From: Opitutia bacterium
GTDB taxonomy: Bacteria > Verrucomicrobiota > Verrucomicrobiia > Opitutales > Opitutaceae
Length of the DNA stretch: 64,000 nucleotides
Reading direction: 5' to 3'
Assembly (NCBI GenBank): GCA_947478395.1
Contig: CANJVR010000001.1
Coordinates: 640,001 to 704,000, forward strand
A program made the position numbers and the translations under genes. Positions 1 to 9,451 of this stretch are shown here, in pieces. The notes beneath the pieces are model-generated. The model made no database searches and was not told the origin of the DNA. It was given only the letters and a program-made list of their open reading frames with translations. The first letter of the stretch is position 1, and the number at the start of each line of letters is the position of its first letter.

Positions 1-274
1 GCACGGCGCGAAACCCGATGTTGGAAAACATCGCGATGTCCGCCCTCGATATTTCCCCAAGGCCGACCTACCCGCGCATCGTACACCCGCACGATTTCGA
101 ACCGACGCCGATAAACATTATCGCCGCATCCAGCGCATCGCATCACCTGCCGGCATTTCTCCCCGGTGAACAGGCTCTGTATTTTCTTCGGCACGCGGCT
201 TGGTCGTCACGCGCCCGCTCAACCGCCGCCGCATTTTGCGGCTCGTAACTGAATGCCTTACCAGTGAACGAGGA

Positions 275-1183
275 TCATTTCGCCGGCTCAATGTGCACGC
301 TGACGTCGCTGATGGCGTGGCGGCCAGACGCGAGGAGCGCATCTTTCACCGCATGGGCGATATCATGGCCGGCACGCACCGTAAGTTCGCCGTCCACGCG
401 CACCTGGATGTCAACGAGGTGACTTAGCCCGCTCTTGCGCACCCGAACCTTGTCCAGCGCGGCGACTCCCGGCACGGCCAGCGCGAGCGCGCGGACCTCG
501 TTTTCAAAATCCTGTGCGACCGCCGTGTCCATCACGTCGCGGAGCGCCTTGCCGAACATGCCGACGCCGTTGAACGAAATCACGACGCACGCAAAAAGCG
601 CCGCCCAGTCGTCGGCCGTCTCCCAGCCCTTGCCGCCCCACAGCGCAATAACGATACCCACGAAGGCTGCGGCCGAAGTCATCGCATCGGACCAATGGTG
701 CAGCGCCTCGACGCCGAGCGCCGTGCTGCCGACCTCCTCGCCGGCCGCCTCCATCCGGCGCGAGAAAATCATCTTCACCACAATCACGCCCGCTAGCACC
801 AGCAGTGTCCACCACGCCGGACCCTGATGCGGCGTGATGATCTCGTGCACCGCGTAGACTGCGATCCAGCCGGCCATCACGAAAACAAAGAGCGCCACCG
901 CCAGCGCCGCGAGCGGCTCCGCCTTGCCGTGACCGTACGGATGATCCGCATCCGGCGGCCGCGCCGCCACGCGGAAGCCGGCCCACACCAGCGTCGACGA
1001 CAGGATGTCGAGCAACGACTCCGCCCCGTCCGCGATCAAAGCATACGTGTGGCCGAAAACCCCGCCCGCGATCTTGACCGCCGCGAGCGTCGCATTGAGC
1101 GCGATGCCGCGCAGCACGAGCCGCGCGCTGTCGTGGGCGCGCCTCTGCGTGGCGGCGTGTTGGCGGGCGATTGCAGTGGGCAC
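275..1183 (-). CDS. Cation diffusion facilitator (CDF) family transporter, FieF-like
   Basis: 302-aa ORF with ALIADGAESLLD, PPDADHPYGHGKAE, HHWSDAMTS and a C-terminal dimerisation domain (VRVRKSG...VDIQVRVD...HIEP). Confidence 0.92.
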   Translation of the reverse strand: MPTAIARQHAATQRRAHDSARLVLRGIALNATLAAVKIAGGVFGHTYALIADGAESLLDILSSTLVWAGFRVAARPPDADHPYGHGKAEPLAALAVALFVFVMAGWIAVYAVHEIITPHQGPAWWTLLVLAGVIVVKMIFSRRMEAAGEEVGSTALGVEALHHWSDAMTSAAAFVGIVIALWGGKGWETADDWAALFACVVISFNGVGMFGKALRDVMDTAVAQDFENEVRALALAVPGVAALDKVRVRKSGLSHLVDIQVRVDGELTVRAGHDIAHAVKDALLASGRHAISDVSVHIEPAK

Positions 1184-1317
1184 CCCTCCAACTTACGAAT
1201 CCGCGCCAACGCCGCGCGAGACCGGAATCGGCGAACCCACGCAACCGGTAACCGCGGCGCCACCAGCCTCGCGACCTCCGCGTTGACCCGCGTGCCGCGA
1301 CCGTCATCGTGGCGGCC

Positions 1318-1773
1318 ATGGCGGATAATAGCATACTCATCGCGACCGATCCGGTGCGCCAGTTCTCCGTCTTCGTCGAAAATCGGGTTGGCCGGCTGCA
1401 CGAACTGACCGCGCTCCTAAAATCGAACAATGTTCACATTATGGCGATCACGGTGCTGGATTCGACAGACAGCACGATTGTGCGTCTCGTCGTCGACGAT
1501 CCGGACAAAGCCCGCGAGCTCATGGTGAATAATGATTTTCCCTACACCGAATGCCCCGTCCTCGCCGTCGAAATTGCCGATGAATCCGATCTGAAGTCCG
1601 TGCTGGCCGCGCTACTCGAGGCGGAGATCAATATTCATTATATCTACAGCTTTATCAAACGACCCGAAGGTCGCGCCGCTCTCGCCATCAGCGCCGAGGA
1701 TGCCGACACCGCCACGCAGTCACTCGGTCTCCACGGCTTTCGCACGCTGACGCAGAGCGATATTTCGCGATAG
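1318..1773 (+). CDS. Tandem ACT-domain protein
   Basis: QFSVFVENRVGRL and a second ACT-like repeat (LLEAEINIHYIYSF); ATG at 1318 preferred over the upstream GTG. Confidence 0.85.
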   Translation: MADNSILIATDPVRQFSVFVENRVGRLHELTALLKSNNVHIMAITVLDSTDSTIVRLVVDDPDKARELMVNNDFPYTECPVLAVEIADESDLKSVLAALLEAEINIHYIYSFIKRPEGRAALAISAEDADTATQSLGLHGFRTLTQSDISR

Positions 1774-1853
1774 ATGCCGGCTGAAGTCACGCCGGGCTTT
1801 AGCCCGCCGGCTTGACTCGCTCAGAACGCGGCTGAAACGCCGCGCCTTACGCC

Positions 1854-2531
1854 CTAGCCCTTGATCTCGGCCATCTTCTCTCCAGCGAGCTCGTAGATGC
1901 CGGTCAGATAACCGTTCTCGAAGGCCGCGCCAACTTTCAAGGTTCCAAAAAACGAAACCGGCACATCCATGACCACCGGCACCCCCTGCGGAATCCGGAC
2001 AATCACCCAATCATTGATATTGGGAATGGCGCCGAAACAGCACGCCATCTGGTTCGCCATAAGAATAAATTCCGTGCATTTGCCCTTCTCCAATTTCGTC
2101 GGCTGCATGAAACCCGTCACGAGCGCCTTTTTTCCGCTCCAGCTTTTGACTTGGGCCGGAATTTGTTCTTCACCGGTCGGCGGATGCGCCTTCGGATCGG
2201 CAACCGGATCAAACTGCGGCGGCACAAATTTAAAACCGGAAAGACGATCGAAGCCGAGCTTCAGGTAGCCGTTCTCCTTCTCGGGCTCACCCACCGGCTT
2301 AGCCTGAACAGCTTCGGGCGCCGTCACCGCTGATTCAGGAGCGACCGGCAAAGCCAAAACCACTTGTCCTGCTCCAGCGGGACCGGCATCGCCGGACCGC
2401 GCCGCTGCGGCCATCGGGCCGGTGCCGCAACACAATGAATGATCCACCAGCCCCTGCGGAAACAAACCCGCCTGCAACGAAGCTGCCAATACCATCGAAC
2501 CGATGACCAAGGGGAAGGCGCGGGTTTTCAT
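1854..2531 (-). CDS. DUF3299-like exported protein
   Basis: Signal-peptide-like N-terminus from ATG 2531 (MKTRAFPLVIGSMVLAASLQA); GFMQP...EFILM...CCFGAIPNINDW motif. Confidence 0.7.
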   Translation of the reverse strand: MKTRAFPLVIGSMVLAASLQAGLFPQGLVDHSLCCGTGPMAAAARSGDAGPAGAGQVVLALPVAPESAVTAPEAVQAKPVGEPEKENGYLKLGFDRLSGFKFVPPQFDPVADPKAHPPTGEEQIPAQVKSWSGKKALVTGFMQPTKLEKGKCTEFILMANQMACCFGAIPNINDWVIVRIPQGVPVVMDVPVSFFGTLKVGAAFENGYLTGIYELAGEKMAEIKG

Positions 2532-2672
2532 AACGATCCAGACCGTACAGGCGGAACTGCGCTCGTCAAAATATTTACTCATCCTTCGCGGCGCGAAAAA
2601 TCACGGGGATCGAGGAGTCCGGCCAATAAAGTTTCTGGCCGAAGTCCTGCTTCCCGTTAGGGTTCCTCGTTC

Positions 2673-4409
2673 ATGCCCACCGAGCCACTCAACGCCGCCC
2701 GCCTCCCAGGCTACATTGCCCGGGCCCGCCGCGCCCTGTGGCCGGGGCTGACGCTAGCGGTGCTCCGCGCGCTGGCCATTGCACCATGTCCGTTGATCCT
2801 GAAGCACATCATCGATCACGAAGTGCCGACCAGCGATGCTCGGGGAGTTCTACTTTGGAGTAGTCTTTTCGCCGGCCTGATGGGGGTGCACTACCTTGGC
2901 TCAATTCTCGGAGCCCGGCAGCTCGCCCAAGCCCTAGCCCGCTTGATGGTCGAACTCCGCAGCCGGATTTTTTTCCGCCTTCAATTTCTCAGTTTCAGCT
3001 ACCTCGACCGGCAAAAAACCGACCGGCTTGTGTCCAAATATACCAGCGATACACAGGCCATCGAGGCCCTGCTTTCCGCGATCCTGAATCAACTCCTACC
3101 CGCGGTTCTCTACAGTCTCACGATTCTCACCGTCCTCGCCGTGATAAACTGGCGGCTCGCGACGGCATTCCTAGTGACATTGCCGGTGTGGGCCTTCGCG
3201 AAATGGCTTTTTTTCGCGCGACTACAACGCAGCGATCAGGCAGCGCAAATCGCCGAGGCGAAGCTCACGGGAACCGCCAATGAATTTATTTCCGCTCTCC
3301 GACTCGTGCGCAGTCTCGGGGAGGAAAAGCATCTCGAACGCGTGCTCTTCGATCGTAGCGGCGATTTCGCACGCAGTCGGGCGGACCATTCGTGGATGAG
3401 CGCGGGCTTCGCCTCGTTCAGTTACGTTGGCGCCCAGACCATCGCAGCCCTCATCGTCGGCGGCGGCGCTTTGCTCGCCATCCGCGGCCACATGACTCCG
3501 GGGACACTCGTCGCTTTTCTCGCCGCCCTGCCCATGATCCTAGCGCCCGTACGAAGCGCGATCGGCCTGCGCGCCCCTTGGTTCGCCGCGCAGGAAAGCT
3601 ACAAGAAGGTCAAGGAGTTGATCGATTCGCCCTACGTCGAGGACTGGCACGGCGCGCGGCGCGAACAACGGCTCAGCGGCGATCTTGTTTTCGACCGCGT
3701 GGGCTTCACGTATCCCGGAACGGACCATCCGGCCATCCGTAATTTTTCCTTCACCATCCGCCCGGGCGAAACGGTGGCCCTCGTCGGACCGCCAGGCGCC
3801 GGCAAGACCACGCTGACGAATTTGCTCCTCGGGCTCTACGCTCCGACCACTGGTCAGATCGTCATCGACGGAGTGCCGCAGCGCGAATGGGACATGCGGT
3901 GGATCCGTCGCCAGCTCGCCGTCGTAACGCCAGAAAGTATCATGCTCTCCGGCACGATCGAGGAAAACATCCGCTTCGCCCGCTCAGAGGCGACCGACGC
4001 GGAAGTTCGCACCGCGGCCCGGCTCGCGCAGGCCGACGATTTCATCCAGCGCCTGCCGCACGGTTATCTCACCCTCGTGGGCGAACACGGGGTCGCGCTC
4101 ACGGCTGAACAACGCCAGTACCTCGCCATCGCCCGAGCCGCGCTGCGCGATGCACCGATCCTCATCCTCGACGAAGCCACGTCCGCATTGGATTCGGAAA
4201 GCGCCGGGCCCGTTCAACTCGCGCTCGAGCGTCTCGCCGCTGGTCGCACCGTGATCACCCTCGCGCATCGGCTCAGCGCGGTGAAAAAGGCCAGCCGCAT
4301 CGTGCTGCTCGACGGCGGCAACATCATCGACGAGGGCGACTACGCCGCGCTCACCGCGCGGCACGAGAAACGTCGCGAATCCGCGAACCCAGATGTCTCG
4401 TTGGGCTGA
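2673..4409 (+). CDS. ABC exporter, fused TMD-NBD (MsbA/MdlB-like), with degenerate signature and Q-loop
   Basis: Multi-TM N-half, Walker A GPPGAGKTT, Walker B ILILDEAT-SALD, H-loop LAHRL; signature reads LTAEQ. Confidence 0.88.
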   Translation: MPTEPLNAARLPGYIARARRALWPGLTLAVLRALAIAPCPLILKHIIDHEVPTSDARGVLLWSSLFAGLMGVHYLGSILGARQLAQALARLMVELRSRIFFRLQFLSFSYLDRQKTDRLVSKYTSDTQAIEALLSAILNQLLPAVLYSLTILTVLAVINWRLATAFLVTLPVWAFAKWLFFARLQRSDQAAQIAEAKLTGTANEFISALRLVRSLGEEKHLERVLFDRSGDFARSRADHSWMSAGFASFSYVGAQTIAALIVGGGALLAIRGHMTPGTLVAFLAALPMILAPVRSAIGLRAPWFAAQESYKKVKELIDSPYVEDWHGARREQRLSGDLVFDRVGFTYPGTDHPAIRNFSFTIRPGETVALVGPPGAGKTTLTNLLLGLYAPTTGQIVIDGVPQREWDMRWIRRQLAVVTPESIMLSGTIEENIRFARSEATDAEVRTAARLAQADDFIQRLPHGYLTLVGEHGVALTAEQRQYLAIARAALRDAPILILDEATSALDSESAGPVQLALERLAAGRTVITLAHRLSAVKKASRIVLLDGGNIIDEGDYAALTARHEKRRESANPDVSLG

Positions 4410-4447
4410 AAAGAACGGGCGCGGGCTTTAAAATTTGGTTTTCATCT

Positions 4448-4486
4448 CGACCCCGTCGACGGGGCTATCCCCTCGCGACGGGGTCG
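4448..4486. repeat. Inverted repeat / hairpin
   Basis: CGACCCCGTCG...CGACGGGGTCG, a perfect 11-bp inverted repeat downstream of the ABC gene. Confidence 0.6.
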
Positions 4487-4492
4487 GGACCG

Positions 4493-4705
4493 GTGCGAAG
4501 TCAAACGGCCAACCCGCCACCGAGACTCCACTTAATCAGAGAGCGACGCCGAATCGGCGCGTTAAGAATGGCCGACCGCGTGAATTTGAACATCCGGACG
4601 CTTCATGAAATCGAGGCCCGCCAGCCGAATATTCTGGTGACAACGGCCCAGCGGTTGAAGCGAGCCCTGCGCTGCGAATGGACCCGTACTCGGCTGAGGA
4701 ATTAA
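4493..4705 (+). pseudogene. XRE/Cro-C1 family HTH regulator, probably degenerate
   Basis: LHLIRERRRI...MADRVNLNIRTLHEIEARQPNILVTTAQRLKRALRCEW follows the HTH_3 pattern with several consensus positions altered. Confidence 0.55.
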
Positions 4706-4814
4706 CGCCGCGACACACCCCGGGCCGGCTATTGTCGCGCGAAATTTGCTGATTTGCCTAGTCCCAGACTGCGATTGAAATGCGTTTTATTCCTGCTGAG
4801 GTCTGACTCCTCGC

Positions 4815-6011
4815 ATGAATCACCCCGCTTTGCGCGACCTGCTCATCACGTGGGCCAACATTAATTCCGGCAGCGATCACCCCGCGGGACTCGATCACAT
4901 GTGCGCCGCGCTCCGAGCCGAGTTCGCCGCCTTGCCTGGCGCCACCACCGAGGAGATCGCCCTGCCCAACACCCACGCGCGTGCACTCCGCGTTCGCATG
5001 CGACCCGACGCGGCCCGCCAAATTTTACTGAGCGGCCACTACGACACCGTTTACGGCGCGGATCATCCTTTTCAGAGCTGCACGCTGCTCGACGAGGTCA
5101 CGCTGCGAGGCCCGGGCGTTGCGGACATGAAAGGTGGCCTCGTGGTCATGCTCGCCGCGCTGCGCGAATTCGAGCGATCGCCGCACGCCGCTCGCATCGG
5201 CTGGGAAGTGCTGCTGACGCCGGACGAGGAAACGGGGTCGACTTCGTCGGCCGCGCTGCTCGCGGCCACTGCGCCGCGGTTCGCGTTCGCGCTGCTCTTC
5301 GAGCCGGCCCGCGCCAACGGCAACTTGGTGAAGTCGCGCAAAGGCACCGGTATTTTCACCCTCACAGTCCACGGTCGCGCCGCCCACGCGGGGCGCGATC
5401 CCGGCGCCGGCCGCAACGCCATTCTCGCCCTCGCCGAAATTCTGCCGCGGATCGACGCGCTCAATCGCGAACTCGACGGCGTCATGCTGAACGTTGGACG
5501 CATTCATGGCGGCGGCGCGGTCAACATCGTTCCAGATCTCGCCCACGCCGATCTCAATCTCCGCATCACCCGCGCCTCCGACGAAACCGCCGTACGCGCA
5601 CGAATCGGCGACTTAATCGACGCCATCAACCATCGCGAAGGCTATCACGCGGTTCTCACCGGCCAACTCAACCGGCCACCCAAGGAAGCCACCGCCGCCG
5701 AAGAAAACCTTTTCGCCGCGTGGCAAACCTGCGCGGCGGAACTCGGCGTCACACTGGACTGGCAACACGTCGCCGGAGGCAGCGACGGCAATCTGTTCTC
5801 CGCCGCCGGCCTGCCCAACCTCGATGGTCTTGGCCCCGTCGGCGACCACCTGCACAGCGCCGACGAATTTATCCACCTCCCCAGTCTGGCGGAACGCGCC
5901 AAGATCGCCGCCTGCTTCCTCGCTCGCATCGCGGCCGGGGAAATCACCCCGTCCGACCATCCGTCCACAATATCCGCGCCAATCGCCATCAAAACAGTGC
6001 CGCCATGTTAG
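4815..6011 (+). CDS. M20 family metallo-hydrolase (carboxypeptidase G2-like)
   Basis: GHYDTV, GPGVADMKGG, DEETGS, GRAAHAG, GGSDGN and HSADE motifs. Confidence 0.9.
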   Translation: MNHPALRDLLITWANINSGSDHPAGLDHMCAALRAEFAALPGATTEEIALPNTHARALRVRMRPDAARQILLSGHYDTVYGADHPFQSCTLLDEVTLRGPGVADMKGGLVVMLAALREFERSPHAARIGWEVLLTPDEETGSTSSAALLAATAPRFAFALLFEPARANGNLVKSRKGTGIFTLTVHGRAAHAGRDPGAGRNAILALAEILPRIDALNRELDGVMLNVGRIHGGGAVNIVPDLAHADLNLRITRASDETAVRARIGDLIDAINHREGYHAVLTGQLNRPPKEATAAEENLFAAWQTCAAELGVTLDWQHVAGGSDGNLFSAAGLPNLDGLGPVGDHLHSADEFIHLPSLAERAKIAACFLARIAAGEITPSDHPSTISAPIAIKTVPPC

Positions 6012-6125
6012 CCGCGGAATGCGCGGAGCGCGCAGTTGATTTGAACAAAGCCGTCGCGCACAACGCTTCATCGCCCAAAAGGCCGCGAAACAAGACCACA
6101 CCCGCTCTCCCTCCCCTCAATCCCC

Positions 6126-6899
6126 ATGAACAAACTCCTCGGTAAACGTGCGCTCGTCACCGCCGGCGCTCAAGGCATCGGTCTCGCCATCAGCCGCCAA
6201 TTGCTGGCCGCCGGCTGCGATGTCTTCGTTCACTACCATCGGAGCGCGGAAGGTGCCGCTACGCTGGCTGCCGAAGCCGCCACGCTTGGCCGGCGCTTCT
6301 CCAGCGCGAGCGCCGATCTCACATCCACCGAAGGCTGCAATCCGCTCGTGGCCGAGGCGGTGAAATTTCTCGGCGGTCTCGACGTGCTCGTGAACAACGC
6401 TGGTTCGCTCGTGGGACGTCGCTCGCTCCTCGACGCCGAGGACAATTTTTGGGCCGAAGTCATGTCGCTCAACATCGGCAGCGTTCGCCGCGTTTCGCGC
6501 GCTGCGACGCCGGCGCTAATCGAGGCGGCGAAGTCCCGCGGTGGCGCGAGCATCGTCAACCTCTCCTCGCTCGCGGGCCGCAAGGGCGGCCACACCGGCT
6601 CACTGGCGTACGCCACGGCAAAAGGCGCCGTGCTCACGTTCACGCGGGCGCTGTCGAACGAACTGGCCCCGCAAGGCGTGCGCGTGAATGCACTCGCGCC
6701 CGGTTTTATCGCCGGCACTTATTTTCATAACACGCACACCACGGCAGAGGCGGCGAAGGCGAGCATCGCCGGCATTCCAGTAGGCCGCGCCGGGACGGCG
6801 GACGACGTGGCGCGCGCGGCGGTTTTTCTCGCGAGCGAATACGACGGCTTCATCACCGCGGCCACCCTCGATATCAACGGCGGCGTGTACGCGGCGTAG
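6126..6899 (+). CDS. Short-chain dehydrogenase/reductase (SDR)
   Basis: TAGAQGIG Rossmann motif, NNAG, catalytic YATAK, RVNALAPG. Confidence 0.93.
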   Translation: MNKLLGKRALVTAGAQGIGLAISRQLLAAGCDVFVHYHRSAEGAATLAAEAATLGRRFSSASADLTSTEGCNPLVAEAVKFLGGLDVLVNNAGSLVGRRSLLDAEDNFWAEVMSLNIGSVRRVSRAATPALIEAAKSRGGASIVNLSSLAGRKGGHTGSLAYATAKGAVLTFTRALSNELAPQGVRVNALAPGFIAGTYFHNTHTTAEAAKASIAGIPVGRAGTADDVARAAVFLASEYDGFITAATLDINGGVYAA

Positions 6900-6942
6900 C
6901 CGCGCGGTTTCGCGGTTCCGCCCGAGGAGCAAAAACCAAGAT

Positions 6943-7019
6943 GCGGGCGGGGTGCCCTCACCCCGCATCAACGCGGGATAATCTGCGACGGCGCCGCGGG
7001 GTGAGAGCACCCCGCCTAC
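6943..7019. repeat. REP pair / REPIN-like element, family 2, copy 1
   Basis: GCGGGCGGGGTGCCCTCACCCCGC-spacer-GCGGGGTGAGAGCACCCCGCCTAC between convergent genes; similar copies at 31839 and 49139. Confidence 0.75.
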
Positions 7020-7049
7020 AGCGGAACGTTCAGAAACCCCAAATTAAAA

Positions 7050-9176
7050 TTATTCCGGCAGCGCGAACGCCACGTAGGTGTCACCGGATTTCGTGCCGAG
7101 TTTGCCACCGCCACAGGCGATGACGACATATTGGCGACCGTTCACGGAATAGGTCGCCGGCGTCGCGTAGCCGCCGGCCGGCAGCGTCGTTTCCCAAATT
7201 TTTTCTCCGGTCTTCGCGTCGAACGCGCGGAATTTTTCGTCCTTCGTCGCGCCGATGAACAGCACGCCTCCAGCCGTCACGACCGGCCCACCGTAATTTT
7301 CCGCACCCGTCGGCGGAATACCGCGTGCCGTGAGTTCGGAAAATTCTCCCAGCGGTTTGCGCCAGAGATATTCGCCGGTGTTCAAATCGAGCGCATTGAT
7401 CGTGCCCCACGGCGGACGCAGGCCCGGATAGCCGCTGGGATCGAGCAAGCGGTTATAGCCCGTGGTCGCATACGGACTCACCCCCGCGCCCGTGCCCGCG
7501 GGCTCCACTTTGGCCACCGCGCTTTCGCCGGGCGCGGCGGCAACGCCGAGGAGAAAATCCGCGAGCACTCGTTTTTGTTCGTCCGGCAAAAAACCAAACG
7601 ACGGCATCACTCCGCGGCCCGTGCCGAGCAACGCCACGATCGCAGCAGCGTTCGATTTCTGCGCGAGGCCGGTGAGGCTCGCGATATTTTGCGCGGCATT
7701 GCCTTCGCGATTCACGCCGTGACACGACATGCAAAGCTGCGCGTAGAGCGCGGGCGCGGAGCCGGGCTTGGCGTCCGTTTTCGCCGGGACCATGGTCAGC
7801 ACCCAGGCCATCTCGTTGGCATTCACGTAAAGAATCCCGTGCGGATCGACCGCTGCGCCGCCCCACTCCCCGCCCCCGTCGAACCCCGGCAAAATAATTG
7901 TGCCGCGTTCACTGGGCGGATCGAACGGCACGTGGGGGCTTGCCGCGCGGACTTTGGCCAGCACCGCGTCGTGCGCGGCGGGCGTGAGGTCCGTCACTTC
8001 GGCCTCGGTAAAACGCTGGCGCGCAAACGGTGCTGGCTTCAACGGGAACGGCTGCGTGGGCGATGATTTTTCGCCCGCGAGAACCGACTTCGGCACAGGC
8101 TCTTCCCGCCATGGAAACAACGACTCGCCCGTCTCGCGGTTAAAGACCCACACGTGGCCCGACTTGGTCGTCTGGGCGACCGCCGCGATTTTTTTGCCAT
8201 CACGCATCACCTCGCACAATACCGGCGGCGCGGGCAGATCGCGGTCCCAAATGTCGTGGTGCACAAATTGAAAATGCCAGCGGCGTTTCCCGGTCGCAGC
8301 GTCGAGCGCGATGAGACAATTAGCGTAAAGATTGTCGCCGCGCCGGTCACCACCCCAGAAGTCGAAGGCCGTCGAACCCGTCGGCACAAACGCGAGTCCA
8401 CGCTCCTGATCGATCACGAGACCGGCCCACGAATTCGCCCCGCCCGCGGTTTTCCAGGCGTCGGTTGGCCAGGTTTCGGCGCCCGGCTCGCCGGGAAACG
8501 GAATGGTATGGAAAATCCACCGCCGCTGCCCGGTGCGCACATCGTAAGCGCGGATGTGACCGGGCGCCGCGGGCGCCGGACCTTCGCCGACGCGCATCGG
8601 CATGATGATGAGATCGCGAAAAATCGCGCCCGGCGTGTTGGCGGCGAGATAGAGCCCCGTGGTATCACGATCAAGTCCCGCCAGCAGATCAACGCGACCG
8701 CCGTCACCGAAAGAATCGATCACGCGACCGGTCGCCGGATCGACGGCGTAAAGGTAACGCCCCGCGGAAAACATCAGCCGACGCTCGCGCCCCTCGGCCC
8801 ACCACGAAAGACCGCGGCAGAGCCCGCGGTTGGCTTCAGCGAGCGTCGCGGCAAAAGGATTGAAACGCCAGAGCTCACGCCCCGTCGCCGCATCGAGCGC
8901 AAAGAGGAGGAGTTGCGGCGACGTCCCGTAAAGCACGCTGTCGACGACGAGCGGGTTACACTGAATCTGGGAACGGTTGCGCGGATCGGCGTCGCCGGTG
9001 CGAAACGTCCACGCGGGCTGGAGGCGGGCGACGTTGGCCGGCGTGATCTGAGTCAGGGACGAGAAATGCGTGCCGCCCGAGTCGCCGAGATACGCGCCCC
9101 AGTTGGCATCGGCGGCGGCGAAACCATGGGACGTGAAAACAACAACGGCGGATAGGAATGCGAGGTGTGAGCGCAT
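7050..9176 (-). CDS. PQQ-dependent (glucose) dehydrogenase with internal cytochrome c domain
   Basis: Signal peptide, PQQ beta-propeller repeats (ALDAATG..W), HHDIWDRD, GGEWGG, heme motif CMSCH with downstream GVMPSF. Confidence 0.88.
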   Translation of the reverse strand: MRSHLAFLSAVVVFTSHGFAAADANWGAYLGDSGGTHFSSLTQITPANVARLQPAWTFRTGDADPRNRSQIQCNPLVVDSVLYGTSPQLLLFALDAATGRELWRFNPFAATLAEANRGLCRGLSWWAEGRERRLMFSAGRYLYAVDPATGRVIDSFGDGGRVDLLAGLDRDTTGLYLAANTPGAIFRDLIIMPMRVGEGPAPAAPGHIRAYDVRTGQRRWIFHTIPFPGEPGAETWPTDAWKTAGGANSWAGLVIDQERGLAFVPTGSTAFDFWGGDRRGDNLYANCLIALDAATGKRRWHFQFVHHDIWDRDLPAPPVLCEVMRDGKKIAAVAQTTKSGHVWVFNRETGESLFPWREEPVPKSVLAGEKSSPTQPFPLKPAPFARQRFTEAEVTDLTPAAHDAVLAKVRAASPHVPFDPPSERGTIILPGFDGGGEWGGAAVDPHGILYVNANEMAWVLTMVPAKTDAKPGSAPALYAQLCMSCHGVNREGNAAQNIASLTGLAQKSNAAAIVALLGTGRGVMPSFGFLPDEQKRVLADFLLGVAAAPGESAVAKVEPAGTGAGVSPYATTGYNRLLDPSGYPGLRPPWGTINALDLNTGEYLWRKPLGEFSELTARGIPPTGAENYGGPVVTAGGVLFIGATKDEKFRAFDAKTGEKIWETTLPAGGYATPATYSVNGRQYVVIACGGGKLGTKSGDTYVAFALPE

Positions 9177-9238
9177 GGGATGGCTGACGAAGACGAAGTT
9201 CGTCACGCGCGGCGAGACGCGAAGCGGGGATCGCCGAC

Positions 9239-9441
9239 GGTAGGGCGGGTTATCGTTAGAGAGGTTTAACTAAAAGCGTAGCGACTAACGACGTAGCGGC
9301 AGGCGTCCCTGCCTGCCGAAACGAGGACGCCGAATCCGGCAGGCAGGGACGCCTGCCGCTACCCCTAACGGGCACGGAAAAACTTAATCCGCTCTAGCGG
9401 TGGCTGTAGAAACGGCGCGTTAGGGACAACGCGCCCCACCT
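9239..9441. repeat. REP-like inverted pair (family 3) interrupted by a MITE
   Basis: Left arm GGTAGGGCGGGTTATCGTTA/GCG resembles the reverse complement of the right arm (GGTGGGGCGCGTTGTCCCTAACG); the MITE sits at the TA. Confidence 0.6.
9259..9394 (+). mobile_element. MITE-like element family 1, copy A (best preserved, 136 bp)
   Basis: TA|GAGAGGTTTAAC...TTAATCCGCTC|TA; internal palindrome GTAGCGGCAGGCGTCCCTGCCTGCCG...CGGCAGGCAGGGACGCCTGCCGCTAC. Confidence 0.8.
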
Positions 9442-9451
9442 TAAGACGCCC

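Noticed and set aside
1..274. Short ORFs at the window start
   Set aside because: No recognisable motifs in any frame I translated; cannot support a gene call
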